Assembly (NCBI GenBank): GCA_023515725.1
Contig: JALDTO010000213.1
Span: 186,001 to 250,000 of the forward strand
DNA length: 64,000 nucleotides
Direction: 5' to 3'
From: Amoeboaphelidium protococcarum X5
Taxonomy: Eukaryota; Fungi; Aphelidiomycota
Below, piece after piece: positions 1 through 16,486 of this stretch. A model generated the notes under the pieces. That model did no database searches and was not told where the DNA came from. It was given only the letters and a program-made list of their open reading frames with translations. Position numbers and translations under genes: made by a program. How positions within the stretch are numbered: position 1 is the stretch's first letter; each line of letters begins with the position of its first letter.

Positions 1-324
1 TGGGCGCATAACTAGCTCAAATGTCATCTGATGCATTTGATCATCACCTTAGCGATTATCAGCGTTCAATGGATTCTCCAACATCCTACGGGCCATCGCT
101 CTTGTCACAGGTCCATCTCTTGTAATTGAGCCCAATCCTTATTGCTGCTACTATTACTAAGATATCTGTTGCTACTAGAATGCAGGGTGCGTATCAAAGA
201 CAAAAGTAAATTCAGCTTGATACTATTACTCAGGCAGCTCTTGATTATTCTCCGCTTGTTCATCATTGTCATTAGCAGAATCATTCATCTACCGATACTA
301 CTAGCGTCTCCGACTGGGAGGCAT
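1..324 (-). CDS. Hypothetical Q-rich protein, N-terminal part (runs off window start)
   Basis: ATG at 324; frame open to position 1 with TAR=Gln: MPPSRRRQQYRQMND...AFQQQQISQQQQQQQGLGSITRDGPVTRAMARRMLENP...; no recognisable domain in these 108 codons. Confidence 0.7.
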
Positions 325-534
325 CACTACAAATATTTATTGATTTGTTGTTGATTAACTAACGTCGGTTGGAGTGATGATGATCAAGACAAAAAGGAAG
401 AGCAAGCAACATGTGCCTGCCTGTCAAGTGATTGAAACGATTATTCTGTAGAATCGCTACGATAACAACAAGTGATATTTAGGCTATACTGTAATCATAA
501 ATATAATTGCAACATTAATTTATTTATAAAATTA

Positions 535-1857
535 TCAAATCTCTTTCACAAAATTAGATGGAAAATTGCCAGATAATCCAGAGCTGAGATTCGTGCCCTT
601 CCACCAGGCGGCAGCTGATGGATCAAGTGGAGTGCCATTGTCCACAGACACGCGAATCACGTCACCTACGACAAAGTTGAGATCGCCGTCTTGTTCCGCG
701 TCAAAATTGAAAACGGCCTTGAACATTTTGAAATTCTTTTTCAGAACGGGCGGCACAGGGAGTTGAGGCTTTGGTTTCAACACTGGAGGAATATTTTACT
801 GTGAAAGTCGCGCATGATCCAGAGGTGGGGCAGATGGATGAGGATTCACTGACGGGGAATGAGGGCGACTAGATGAAGCAGAAGTGGTATTCTGAGCTGG
901 GAGATACGTGAATGCATGTTGAGTCATGTGGCTTCTGCCGTGACTCTGAGTAGACATTGGTGACTGTGGGGTGGATTGATTGATCACGGAGCTATTCATG
1001 GACTGAGTCAACTTGTCAACATTATAGTTATTAGATTGAGGTGCCGTCAGATGACCTGCTATTATCCCATCCAAATCCAGTCCTTAATCTAATTACTCCA
1101 TTAGCTCTGCACATTCGCGATAAAAGTGGAGCATAGCTTTCAATGTCTGAGCAGTCTCCACTCTACGCATTGCCGACGTGTCTGCATCATTAGACAAAGG
1201 CACTAGCAACTCGCGAATAGCATTAGCACTAGAATCAAACTTTCCTTAAGCCAATTGCACTTCAGTTTCATACTTTTTAATCTTTGCATCTCCATTAGCT
1301 GATTTCACTTCCTGCTTAAGTTTGAATTTTTTCGCATCAAGATCTAGTCGGCGTTGTTTCAACTTTTCATAATGATCGTCCGCGCCTTAGATGTTCTCCT
1401 TTAGCATCAGCTACTTTGGTTAGATAAAACATTCGTACGCTTTATCATTCAGTTCAGCTTATTTACGTGCCATCAAGCAAAGGACCTTGTTAACACTCCC
1501 AAAGTACTGTTTTGTAAATTCATCATGAGGATACGATGATGACAAATTATCCATAGCCTCCGCTAAAACATAGAGCGTTTGGCTTCTAGATAGATCATCA
1601 GCATGTTTTACGCGCACTTTCCCGGCTGACTGAGCGGATGAACCACTTACCTGACTACTCTCATACTAATGATGATACGTGCCGCCATTAAAATGCGTCG
1701 CTGCCTTTTGAATACAATCTTTCAGCAGGGTAGATGTTGACTCTGCCTTCAATAGCAGTCCATTGATATCAGAAGGAATATCAGTTTTCTGATCCTTTGA
1801 ATTGTTTGACAATGTTTCGCGCGTTGCCTGTTTGAATCTATTCCAAGACTGAGCCAT
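535..1857 (-). CDS. BAR + SH3 domain protein (endophilin/Rvs167-like), 440 aa
   Basis: Three ORF-track fragments lie in one frame. N-terminal amphipathic helix MAQSWNRFKQATRE, helical BAR-like region with KRRLDLDAKK, Pro-rich linker, C-terminal SH3 (AVFNFDAEQDGDLNF...WWKG...GNFPSNFV); TGA 537-535. Confidence 0.85.
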
Positions 1858-2267
1858 ATTCAAAAGTGATAATAAAAAAGTGCGTATTACTTACAAGCTT
1901 TTAAGACTTCAGTAGAATAAAGTTTGTGGGCATTTCATTTATCAAATGAGCCCTTTTCCGGGCTAGATCTTGTGTAACCAATTTTCCTTCTCCAATCAGA
2001 GCACGCGCTATAACGCTGAAGATTCGACCACCTTTGATTGAATGCCTTTAAAGTGCACGTTCAATTCAACAATCTAATATTGTCATCACTGCATTTATTA
2101 TACATTATACTCGTTTAAATAATTGCCCTTGTAAACTTGGCGATATCTTTGTTTTAAAAATGGTTACCATTCAACATTTTTGCAACTACAGTGCTGTAGA
2201 TCGACTTGCAACTCAACAAATCTCTCTTCTCTCTTTTCCAGTTTCCCATTAACCACTTTTTGGAACG

Positions 2268-4331
2268 ATGACCAAATTACAAGAATATCAAAATTCATTA
2301 GTACTTTTTAAGAAGAATAGCTAGACGTCTTTTAATTAGGTGGAGTCTCTTTTATAGTCTGTGAATTAACTGCAGTCTCGTCTGCAAGAGTTGGAGCAGA
2401 CCGTGGCTCCGTTGCACCAGGTCACTGAGAAGCTTAATCTAGCCCATGAAAGCACTGACCGTCAAATTGACGTACTGTAGAATGTAATGGACAACATCAA
2501 TGCCGCAGATAAGGAGTAGGTTGTTCTTAATGGTGCACTCACTGTTTAGAATGTGGATGAATACTTTCAATCTATCAAGAGACTGGCTCAAGCTTGCGTG
2601 TTTCTATCTAAAAGCAAGATTAAAGATGCCGATAAGATCATTCAGAGTTAGAAGTAGCTAATACTGTCTGCCAATGAAAGGTTGGAGTTCCTCTACAAGA
2701 CATCGCTTCAGTCTTAAAATGGCTAACCTGAGCAGCTCTCTTCTCTAAAATAATAAACTTCCATCTTGAAGCAGTTGGAAAGTGATCCAGCGATTGCGCC
2801 ATTGGGCATTCAATCCAACTTTGCTAATTACGCCAAAGTTATTGCTGAAGTTCAATCTGCTCAAATGCACTCTCGTCTGTAATCCAGCTATGCACAACTG
2901 TAGCATTTCATGAAGAATGTGGAAGCTAATAGATCTCTACTTGTAAAGTATTCCAAGGGAAGTTGTCCATTTCTGGTGTATTGGAAAGACTTGATCTACT
3001 AAATCACTTACCAGTATCAGTTTATCGGTAGCCTCGTGCCAGATGTAATTACACCTAGTACCTCTCAGTAGTAGGCATTAAAGTAAAAGTCTAGAAAACA
3101 CAGCTCATTTAATTTATTTGAGTAAGTTGTGTCCACGTCTTTTGATCAGTTCTTGAAGGCTGCAGACTAGTTTTAGTCTAAATTGAAAAAGTCCGGCACT
3201 GATTTCTCTGCTTTGTATACTTTACTGGACACCACGGATGTCCTTTGTGGAAGTTATGCCAGGTCGATGAGTGATCAGGAATCTTCTGGCATTGCGGGTG
3301 ATGCTGAGGTATCTTGGAGTGAGGCTGTATCCACAGCTGGAAAGAGATCACAAGATATAAGTTCAGTCATTTCATAGTTCATTAACTCGAGCTTATAACT
3401 ATTGCAGTAGTATTAGGAGCATTTGGAGAAGCATAAAAGCTCATCGCTGTACTTGAGTGGCAAAGATAAAGATTTCATGCCTGTTGACGGTACTGTGCAC
3501 GAATTGACATCCGATTCTATTCAGGTGTTACGTCGCTGCTGCTCAGAGTATGGCAATATTTGTGAAATGCTAGCCTCATTCTAATTCAATACTGTGCCTG
3601 AGAATCAGTATCTCTTACAGACTGTTAAATTCTACTCTTCTTTAACCACTAATGCCAATAATAATAACGTTGATCCCAATATCTCTAGAAAATGCTTATC
3701 AAAGTTTGCGCGTGAAGCCTTGGAGAGTCTATGCTAAACTGTTGAACATTAAGGAAAATACTATCGCCCTGTTAATGCAGCCGGTGTTAGTAGTTCTACA
3801 TCTCTGCCAACTAGTCCATTGGATAAGACTATTTTATGTTAGATTTACCTGATTAACAATCATCATTTTATATTGAAGAATGTGAAATAGTATATGTTGA
3901 ACACTGTCGGTGACTAGTATGTGCCGTAGATTTAGAAGATATTCAACGCGGACTGCGATAATTACTAAATGTGTTGGAAGCCCTTACTAGCAGAACTAGT
4001 CGCTGCCAATAGTCTGAATGTGTCCAAGTAGTCATAGGGATTGTCTAAAAACGATCGTGAGGCTGTTAAAGATCATTTCAAGAATGTCACCGCCATGATT
4101 GAAGATGGCTGTAAGTTGCAGAAGGGATTTTGTATCAGCGACCAGGAATTGAGACGTTCTATTATTGCCAGCATCAAGTCTGTGGTGATGCCTCTGTACA
4201 CCAAGTTTTGGAACAAGTTTGCGGCTGATCCAAAATTGATTGAGGCGTGGACTAGTAAGCCAGAGAAGTATGTGAGATTTCCCGTTCTTGAGGTTGAGAC
4301 TTTACTTGACAGTCTTTTTGTTGGAAAATGA
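2268..4331 (+). CDS. EXO70: Exocyst subunit Exo70, 687 aa
   Basis: N-terminal coiled coil (LEQTVAPLHQVTEKLNLAHES), MPVDGTVHELTSD motif, IYLINNHHFI, C-terminal REAVKDHFKN...ISDQELRRSI...PEKYVRF; single frame with TAR=Gln. Confidence 0.9.
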
Positions 4332-4413
4332 TCTTCCTGAATGTGACATATCGCTAATTGACTAAGAGAAGTGCTTATATACCATGTGTAATATATGAAT
4401 TGAATATATTTAC

Positions 4414-5364
4414 TCAGGATTTCATCATGCTTAGATGCATCTCTTGAAAGACTGGATTGAGGTCGGCGGCGTATTCCAACATTTGGACTTGCTCTGGAAG
4501 AAAGCGCACACCCGTGAACGCCAATTTCTACAAACTAGAGGTGTTCTTCAGTGCTTCACACAATTCCCTAATCTGCAGTGTATTTTCCTAGTCCAATTTG
4601 ATGATACTTGCAGTGACGGGTGGGTGGCGGTGATCTTACTCGGCAGACTTAAGATGAAATGACAGTGAGATTTACTGCACACGGTGATTCAAGCTGATCA
4701 GTAAAGCAAGAGCATTTAGAATATTATCCATCGCGGTGTACTCAGAAGTTGTTGCAGTGTCATCCTGTAAGGATGCGATATCAATCGAGCGCTTCCTGGA
4801 TGGGTAAACATCAACAGCCAGTATCTCGACCACTTGATTGAATCTCATTGCGATCAAACACTATGCAGCAGAAAATTCATCCAGTTGCAATTGCACGCGT
4901 TATTTATCGAATTGAGGCAAAGTCAAAGCAACTCCATCCTTATCGAATCCAAGACAATTTACAGGTAGCAAATTTTGCTGCTTTACTAAAGCTTAAATAT
5001 AAATGTTTGCTTGATGCAATTGCTGACTTAATTTGGCAATTGCAACTTCTTATTCGACTTGTTTCAGCCTTGTCTATTCCAGCTGATGCAACAAGCTTTG
5101 TAAGTCCAGATTCTAACTATAACTATCTCCCACTTGAACAGTGTAACTACCACTTTTGAACGCTAGATACACCACAAATACAATTACAGCACCTAAGCAG
5201 AGAGTATACGCGTCTATCGCTAACAACGAATCCGTAAACTAATCCAAATAGTTGTGAGTGCCATTTGTAACCGATTGTCTTAGCGCGTCAAAGTTTGGCT
5301 GAGATGTCAAATGCTCTAAATGGTAATTGATCTAAGATGTCAAAGTATCTCTTAATGTCTCCAT
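4414..5364 (-). CDS. Hypothetical protein with predicted TM helix and coiled coil, 316 aa
   Basis: ATG 5364 to TGA 4416-4414 open with TAR=Gln; hydrophobic YTLCLGAVIVFVVYLAF, Q/L heptad region, C-terminal LCEALKNTSSLQKLAF resembling one RNI-type LRR unit. Confidence 0.7.
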
Positions 5365-5830
5365 CTTCTGACACTACTGAGACTAACACTCTGAATTAAT
5401 ATTGATTTTTTACCGATAGAATAAAAAAGAATTAATGAAGATTGTTGACAGTTGGTTCTATTGCGGGTGAAATGAAGCAGTTACCTGATTGGGTCATAAT
5501 TTTGTTGCACACGATCATCATTAAACAGAACTTCAACTAGCAATGGTAATTAGTAAAGGCGGTATGACATTCAATAAAAGTAAAGAGCCATTGATCTCCT
5601 AAAAATTAATCCTGAAACGCGCGTGAATATTCTCTCTGTGTGAATCCTCTGTCCGGTTCATCTTTGTTTCTCGCTTTTATATCGCAGATCTCTTTAGCGC
5701 AGACGAAACGAATTCTTTCTTTCTCCTTATTCAGTTTCGCTCTTCTTTTCATCCTCCTCTAAAACTTGTATTTGTACTTTAGAAATTTCCTCCTACTTAT
5801 TGTAAAGTTGAGATAGAGATTAAAAAGATT

Positions 5831-8140
5831 ATGCCAACTGCTTTGAGTACTCTGTATAGTGCGGCACTTTCAAATCATAGGCATATCAGAAGATTGGTGT
5901 ATCTTGTTGCACTGGGCTCTGTTGCTTACAAAGTTCGATCTTCTATGAGCGGTGGTGGTTCTAAATCTAAGAGTTCTACTATGAAAAAGAGTGATAATGA
6001 TAATGGAAGTAATAGTAAAGAAGTTTAGAAATTTGATAAGTCTGGCAAGAGAAGAGTAGAGATTAATCATGAGTTCTTTCAGAGATTAAAGTTCCTGCTT
6101 AATATCCTGATACCAAGATTCTACTGCAAAGAAATGGGTCTGATCATTCTACATACATTCTTCCTAGTATTTAGAACCATATTGTCGGTGTATGTCGCAC
6201 AGCTGGATGGCAGACTAGTCAGTGATCTTGTGCGTGCTAGAGGAAAGCAGTTCTTGTGGGGAATTGTAATGTGGATGGGGATTGCTTTACCTGCTACCTA
6301 TTGTAATAGTATGCTGACGTACCTGCAGAGTAAGATTGGAATTGCTTTTAGAACTAGACTGACTCTGTTCATACATGAAAAGTACATGAGCAATGCAATG
6401 TTTTATAAGGTGGCCAACTTGGATGATAGAATCAAGAATGCAGATCAGTGTATTACACAGGATGTATAAAAGTTTTGCAATTCTCTATCTGAGCTGTACT
6501 CTAATTTGGCTAAACCTCTTCTGGATATTATTATCTATAATGTACAGTTATCAAGAGCTGTGGGTGGAGATCCCCTGCTTGGTGCAAGTCTGGTGATCAA
6601 TTTCTCTGCGTGGGTTATCCGAGTTCTTATGCCTCCTTTCGGTAAGATGGTGGCGGAGGAGTAGAGATTGGAGGGAGAGTTTAGATTCACTCATGCCAGA
6701 TTGATTGAGAATGCCGAAGAGATTGCTCTAATGCATCGTCCTAAACGTCTTAAGCCCCTTGCTCTCTCATAGAATACCTCTAGCGCACAAGATCGTGTTG
6801 TTGCTGTACCTAAAGCGGATGAAATTGTGATACCAACAGTGGAGAAGGATATTCTGAATAATGCTTATACTGCACTCATCAAGCATGTTAATTCCATTTA
6901 CAAAGTGAGAATTGGCTATGGTATGCTTGAAGATTTTGTGGTGAAGTACTTTTGGGGAGCTTGCGGATTAATACTCTGTGCAGTTCCTGTATTCTTTGAA
7001 AAGGCTATTACTACTGGAGCACCAGATTCTTCAGTGTCTGCTCCTGCTTCCGCTTCTCCGCAATCCATTTCAACTCAGAAGGGAGATAAAGCTGGTATGC
7101 GCACTTAGAGCTTTGTTACTAATCGACGACTGTTGTTGACATCTTCTGATGCTTTTGGTAGAATTATGTACTCGTATAAGGAGGTGAGTGAACTGGCTGG
7201 ATATACTGCAAGGGTGTATGAATTATTGGAGGCATTCCAAGATATCAGTCAGGGCAAAATGAAGAAGACTCTAGTCACAGTGTCCAAGTTTAATCTCGGT
7301 ATGGACACGGCGACTCTGCTGAAATAGAGAGGCGACGTGAAGATTGACAAATCTGGTGAGGTTGTCTCCTTCCGTAAAGTCCCCATTGTCTCTCCGAATG
7401 GCGATATTTTAGTGCCATCTATGGACTTTGAGATCAAGGATGGTATGCACTTGTTAGTTATCGGACCAAATGGTTGTGGTAAGAGTTCTCTTTTTAGAAT
7501 TCTCGGTGGATTATGGCCGGTCTATGGTGGCACTTTGACTAAACCAGATCCTTCGCAGATATTCTATATTCCATAGAGACCTTATTTAGTGACGGGCACA
7601 TTCCGTGATCAGATCATCTATCCGCATACCTTTGATGATATGCTAGCCAGAAATATAACTGATGTGGATTTGGACAGGCATTTGGAGGTGCTGGAACTGC
7701 TCAATCTCAAGGATAGAGAAGGCGGTTATGATGCGGTGAAAGATTGGAAGGAGGTTCTCTCTGGTGGAGATAAGCAGAGAATCGCTATGGCTCGCTTGTA
7801 TTATCATAATCCCAAGTTTGCCATCCTGGATGAATGTACATCCAGTGTCTCGCTAGAGATTGAGAGAGTAATGTACACTAATGCAACTAAACTTGGTATC
7901 ACATTAATGACAGTGTCGCATCGCCCATCGCTGTGGCAGTATCATGACTATATCCTGCAGTTTGATGGTGCTGGTGGTATTTCTTTCAGTCATTTGGATG
8001 CGAAGGGACGTCTTGGTCTGTAGGAGGAGAAGATGCAGTTGGAGCATAAGCTGAGTGAAATGCCAAAATTGAAGGCTAGATTGGAGGAACTATAGTCTGT
8101 TAAATTGAAAAGTATTGCAGATTAATAATAATATCTGTGA
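5831..8140 (+). CDS. PXA2: Peroxisomal ABCD half-transporter (Pxa2-like), 769 aa
   Basis: [19 protein letters not shown]-like [30 protein letters not shown], Walker [10 protein letters not shown], signature LSGGDKQR, Walker B AILDECTS; six ORF fragments in one frame; TGA 8138-8140. Confidence 0.9.
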
Positions 8141-8239
8141 TTTTTAGTGTCAGAAAAGTGAATATCTATTCTTAATAACATGGTTCCATTGTGAATGTAC
8201 TGATTATGGTAGATAGCATTACCGCCAACATTATCATCA

Positions 8240-9154
8240 TCAATCTGTCATGATTTGATTAGATTCAACGTTGGCCACGCTTTAGCTCATCGCGGCTTAT
8301 AATACTTGTTCATTTTATCGCACCTAATGAGCCTGTTCCATAATACTTTGTGGAATTTGAGGCAGCACCTTGGAGTAATCTCTAATCTTGAATCCATATA
8401 TTCTTGGTACATACCTGATAGAGGATTCCAAATCACCGCTAGCATTAGAATGTTATGATACATTTTACATGTCGCGGATACTAGTGCTACTGACATTGCT
8501 GTTAGACGGGGTGACTTGGCCGGATGTGACAACACGCGTCGGAATGTACTGGGGATATTATTACAGGAATAGGTGAGGAAATGTGGTGGTAAAGTACGCT
8601 CCGTCCACGTACAAGTGTCTCTTACTCTTGGGATCATAAACATCTTCACACTTGGCACAGTATAATTTTACGCCCAACTATCCCGGGACATCAGTCAATC
8701 CAACGGGTAATAGCGCCTAACCTTAACACCATACACGAGGACACCTTCCGAAATGGCCACTCTTAAACTTTTGTTGCATAGCATATAAACCCTTGGTGGT
8801 AAGAATGTACCTGGCATGGATGAGGCCGTACAGATGGCGCGCATTCTTGATCAATTCTTGTTATATATCCTCCGCTGACACATTTAAATTACCATTACTG
8901 CCACCCTACTGATCATTGTTCATTGCCAGATCATATGAAGTAATAGCCTACTCCTCATCCATTTTATCGCAAATTAAATCATACGCCGGATTGAAGAAGG
9001 CCACTTCATAATTGAGACCGGTGAGGTTGAATTTATCCAAAATATAGTGCTGATCCACCTCGCAGAAATACTCTGTACCCTTGATCTACAAATACTCTCT
9101 CACCCATTCAAATGAAGACTCTTCGCTAGATTGACTACTTTACGAAGCACTCAT
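8240..9154 (-). CDS. CKB: Casein kinase II regulatory (beta) subunit, 304 aa
   Basis: [30 protein letters not shown], zinc ribbon CPRVWC...[27 protein letters not shown]; absent from the ORF track in its true frame. Confidence 0.93.
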
Positions 9155-9502
9155 TATATTTTTTACTAATTTAAAATTTTATATAATCTCAATATTAGAC
9201 AAAAAAAGCAATAAGTAAAATATGCTGTCGATCACTCAATATATTTTGACGAATTTTCGTAAATTTCGCGCTTTGATGTTTATCCACAGGCAGGAGATTG
9301 TCGCCATAAAGGGACGCGATAGACACAAAAGTTACACACCGCAAGACGCGTTGAGAGGTACTTCTCTCGGAAAACTTAATGAGTACGCTGAACACATTTC
9401 TCTCTAGCTATATTCATTCCGATCCTTCACAAGAATTGCGAGCACTAATTATACACATATTGTCTGTGCGAAATTAAGAAGGTAAAAAGTAAAGTATATA
9501 GA

Positions 9503-9808
9503 ATGACTATAATATCGTAATAGTATAAGTAAATGATGCGATACGCGTCCAACTCGACAGCGTAGAACAAGTATGAAGTGAAAGATTTTCTGGAAAAGAT
9601 TGGGCGCAATATGGTGTAGTATGCTGATAAATTCCAGAGTTGGGATGATGTGATCGCGGCCAAATCGGAACAATTAAAAGATGCTGGTCTTAATACTACA
9701 GATAGAAAATATCTTTTGCACTGGATAGATAACGTGAAGCACGGCATTGAGCCATATACTCAGGATAAGCCTTCTCGATCTCCGCGCGGTCCTAAATGGC
9801 GATACTGA
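9503..9808 (+). CDS. FYV4: IGR-motif mitochondrial small-subunit ribosomal protein mS41 (Fyv4-like), 101 aa
   Basis: VKDFLEKIGRNMVQYADKFQSWDDVIAAKSEQLKDAGLNTTDRKYLLHW; visible only with TAR=Gln. Confidence 0.85.
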
Positions 9809-9922
9809 TTCTCTTTTTAAGGTGGTGGTGTTTAATGGTGTTATAATAGAATTACAGTTATTACAATACAATATTTAGGACATATATATATATTACAAAT
9901 TCAAATCTCAAGTTGGGAATCA

Positions 9923-10973
9923 TCATTATTTAAATTCCACGTAATTTGCCGGAAAATTTCCAGTCTAACCATCTCCACCAGCCTTCTTGCCCACCCACCA
10001 GTCATCTTTTGATGTTGTCTTCTTTACCACTTCAATCTGATCACCCTTCTTGAACGATAAATCACCCTGTCTCTACGCCACAAAGTCATACATTGCAATC
10101 GCTACAGATACACCTAAAGCATTCTATAGTTATTGAGGTCGAGGTGGAATACTCGGTCCACTGCCAGATAATGCAGAGTAATTCTATGATTGTTACGAGA
10201 CAAAATACGATGGTGGACTGTTGACCATTGGCGAGGTGGAAGATGATCCAACACCACTTCTACGCTCCAGTGCTGCATACAATAACGCACCAGCTTCTGG
10301 TCGCTCCACTTGACCACTAAGAATTTCCTTTGCAGTCACAGCGCGATGATAGAAGGCTTTGTTAGCATCATTTCTCTGCACAATCATCGATCCCTCCAAT
10401 GATACTCCGATAAACATACCCTTGGTCTTTGAGTAAGAGTACATGGAGGCGAGTTTGGGCTATTTAAAATCAGAGACTGAGGCTGACATTTCAGCATTCC
10501 TGCCTATTGGTCCGGCGGCGACGCTGAGATTGGATCCCACAGTTAAGTTTCCCTTCTGACTGAAAGCATCCACAGCCTCCTGTGTGTTCAACACAATGAT
10601 GAAATCAGTCATCTCCCCACCAATCTGGGCACCAAATCCGATAGATGCCGTGGCAATAGCTGACGGTGCTGACCAGGAGCCATCGCCCACTCTCGCTATA
10701 ACTACACCTGTACCTGCTCTACCAGACCATAGGAAGCCAGCCTTTATAACTTACAAAATGGCCAATCCCTTTGCCTTCTAAATGATATCAGGTGGAATTA
10801 TACTATCAGGGCTCTTTTCTTTAGCCTCCTCAGGCTTGATAAACTGATCCAAGATCTTTGCCGCTACACATACAATTTAACATTAGATATCCCGTATGAC
10901 TGAGAACTAGATTATATTTACCTTTTTGACACTCAGATCCAAGATCTAATGGAATTAATTCTTTTAAATTCAT
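9923..10973 (-). CDS. SH3YL1: SYLF/Ysc84 + SH3 protein (SH3YL1/Lsb3/Lsb4 family), 330 aa, one intron 10864-10921
   Basis: ECQK^AAKIL, KAGFLWSGRAGTG, WSAPSAI, GAQIGGEMTDF, AAGPIGR, YSYSKTKGMFIGVSLEGS; C-terminal SH3 with WWVG and GNFPANYV. Confidence 0.93.
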
Positions 10974-11616
10974 TTTGTGCTTTACTTTTAACGAATTTAA
11001 CTATAAACAGAAGATTCTACAATGGATGGTGAAAGTTGGAATGAAACAAAACTGTTTCAAACTTGATCCGAACTCGAGTTGGAGAGGAGTTGATGATTTA
11101 TATGGACAAGAAGATTACTTAAGAGTAGTTGCGCGTCGGATTGATCAACGCATAAAACTCAATCAATTAAACAGAATACTTATCTATATATGAAGAGATT
11201 AATAGCGGAAATTTAGAGCGCGCTTGATGGTTGCGATATCGCTGAAGAAATGGGCTATAGTCGATAGTTCGTTGAGGAGAGAGCCGCATCAAATTTGGTC
11301 TCTATTCCATTTTGAGGAATAATCAACTGAAAAGCAAAGGGCTATATGTCTCATTAAATTTGATTCTTCGTCAACACTTTAGTCTGCACGCGTAATATAC
11401 TCTAGCGATACACGTACACTGTACAGATAGCTGAACTCGGTAGGTACGCGATTGATAAGAGAGTATTCGATCACGCGCGCGTCGATTTCATTTTCGGTTG
11501 ATTTCGGTTAGAATTTTCGCGTCTGTTCGTCATTGAATTTTGCTTAGAGAAAGCACTACTCACAAAACCGTGCGTTGCATTCCAATCTTGACGAGGAGTA
11601 ATAATAATAATTCTAA

Positions 11617-12024
<408 letters not shown>

Positions 12025-12135
12025 TCAATTGAAGATTATATTTTATATATATATATATGGATTTCATTTGGTGTCTTATTATCATTACTATTGTCATTAG
12101 ATCCCGCTTGTGTACTAGCAGATTTTACATTAGTT

Positions 12136-15111
<2,976 letters not shown>

Positions 15112-15280
15112 TTTTGAACTTCAGCAAGAGATTAATGATAAAGCCCCGATACTTATTAAAGGTGGAGATGATCAGTGCTGACGAGAAAGCTTATCAACAA
15201 ATCGCCGAACGATCGCCTCTCTCTTTCATTCAATTGGGAATTTCAACGTTTGTTGTTTAGCGAGCGCGTCGCCTTTAGTA

Positions 15281-16260
15281 ATGGACCCATTTGTGTATTG
15301 TAGAGATACTATATTGTAATTTATATATACGTATCATGTTGACTTCAAATTTAAAGAGTTTTCAAAATTATACAATGTAGGAAAAAGGATTATGAAGGAT
15401 ATCTTTTATCTTTAGCTTATCCAGCAGGACACAAGTATCAGTTTGTGTTGAGGGCGTTAAATGTTGAATTGGTTCAGATCAGAGAAACGGCGAAAAATGA
15501 TCTTGCCGGTTTGATGCGCTTTAGATGGTATTCAGACCAGGTGGAGCGGATATTTGATACTGTTCAAGCGAGCAAGGAAGTTAGGTCAGATGGTAGTATT
15601 AAAGGCTCTGGACACCCTGTTATTGATGCACTAAAAATCATGCTCTACCGTGATAAAGTACAAATTGATCGCAACTTTGTAATGGCTCTGATTAGCGCGC
15701 GTTAAAACGATTTCATGCGATAGCGGTACGATACGTTGGATGAATATCAGGATCATTGTCGTGCCACATACGTAAATCTGTTATAACTATATGGTCAAGT
15801 GTCTGATCATACATCGTCACCAAATAATGTCTCCATCAATTAGATTGCTTCAGTTGTTGGAGTGTCAAATCTTTTGCGCAGTGTCGTTCCCAACGCGCAA
15901 TGTGGACGCGTTTTGCTCCCTTCGCATCTATTGAAAGATTACAATCTCACTGCAGATAAATTGGTTAATTTGATTTAAAAGGGTCCATAACAACAATCTT
16001 CTGATAATGAACGTTAATTTGCTGAATTAACAAAGCACATCACTGGTAAGCTTGAAAAAGAATTGGGAAATCTGAAAGCGGAGTCTTCTCAATCATCATC
16101 AACTACCAACTTGGCGCAATATCTCAACGCCCTTCCCGCATAGCTATTTGTTTAGAAACTAAAGAGGAACTAATTTAAATTATTGTCGATTAAGAATCCA
16201 AGACTATAAACTCTTCCACTAAGACTGTTTGTCTCTGTGAAGTTGCGTCGTTGGATCTGA
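15281..16260 (+). CDS. NDUFAF6: Squalene/phytoene synthase-fold complex I assembly factor NDUFAF6-like, 304 aa, one intron 15316-15380
   Basis: YCRDTI^LKKDYEGYL, LRALNVELVQIRE, GLMRFRWY, HPV, VGVSNLLRS, GRVLLPSHL. Confidence 0.85.
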
Positions 16261-16486
16261 TTGCTTTGCGTCTTGGTTACCGCCTCATAAGCTGGTAATT
16301 TTCTTTAGATAGACTCTTGATGCTGGCCACCATGACAACATCACTAACCACCGGCATTACCAAGTGGATAAATTAAATAGATTCCAATCTGATTCCAAAC
16401 ATAGATTAAATAGTTTTCTCTCTTGATTTGGTAATCAGCAAATTACGTCTTCGAAGATCCTCTTCAGAGTGTTCCTCAAATCAACA

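Noticed and set aside
8287-8658. 123-aa minus-strand ORF in the track
   Set aside because: Alternative frame overlapping the real CK2-beta CDS.
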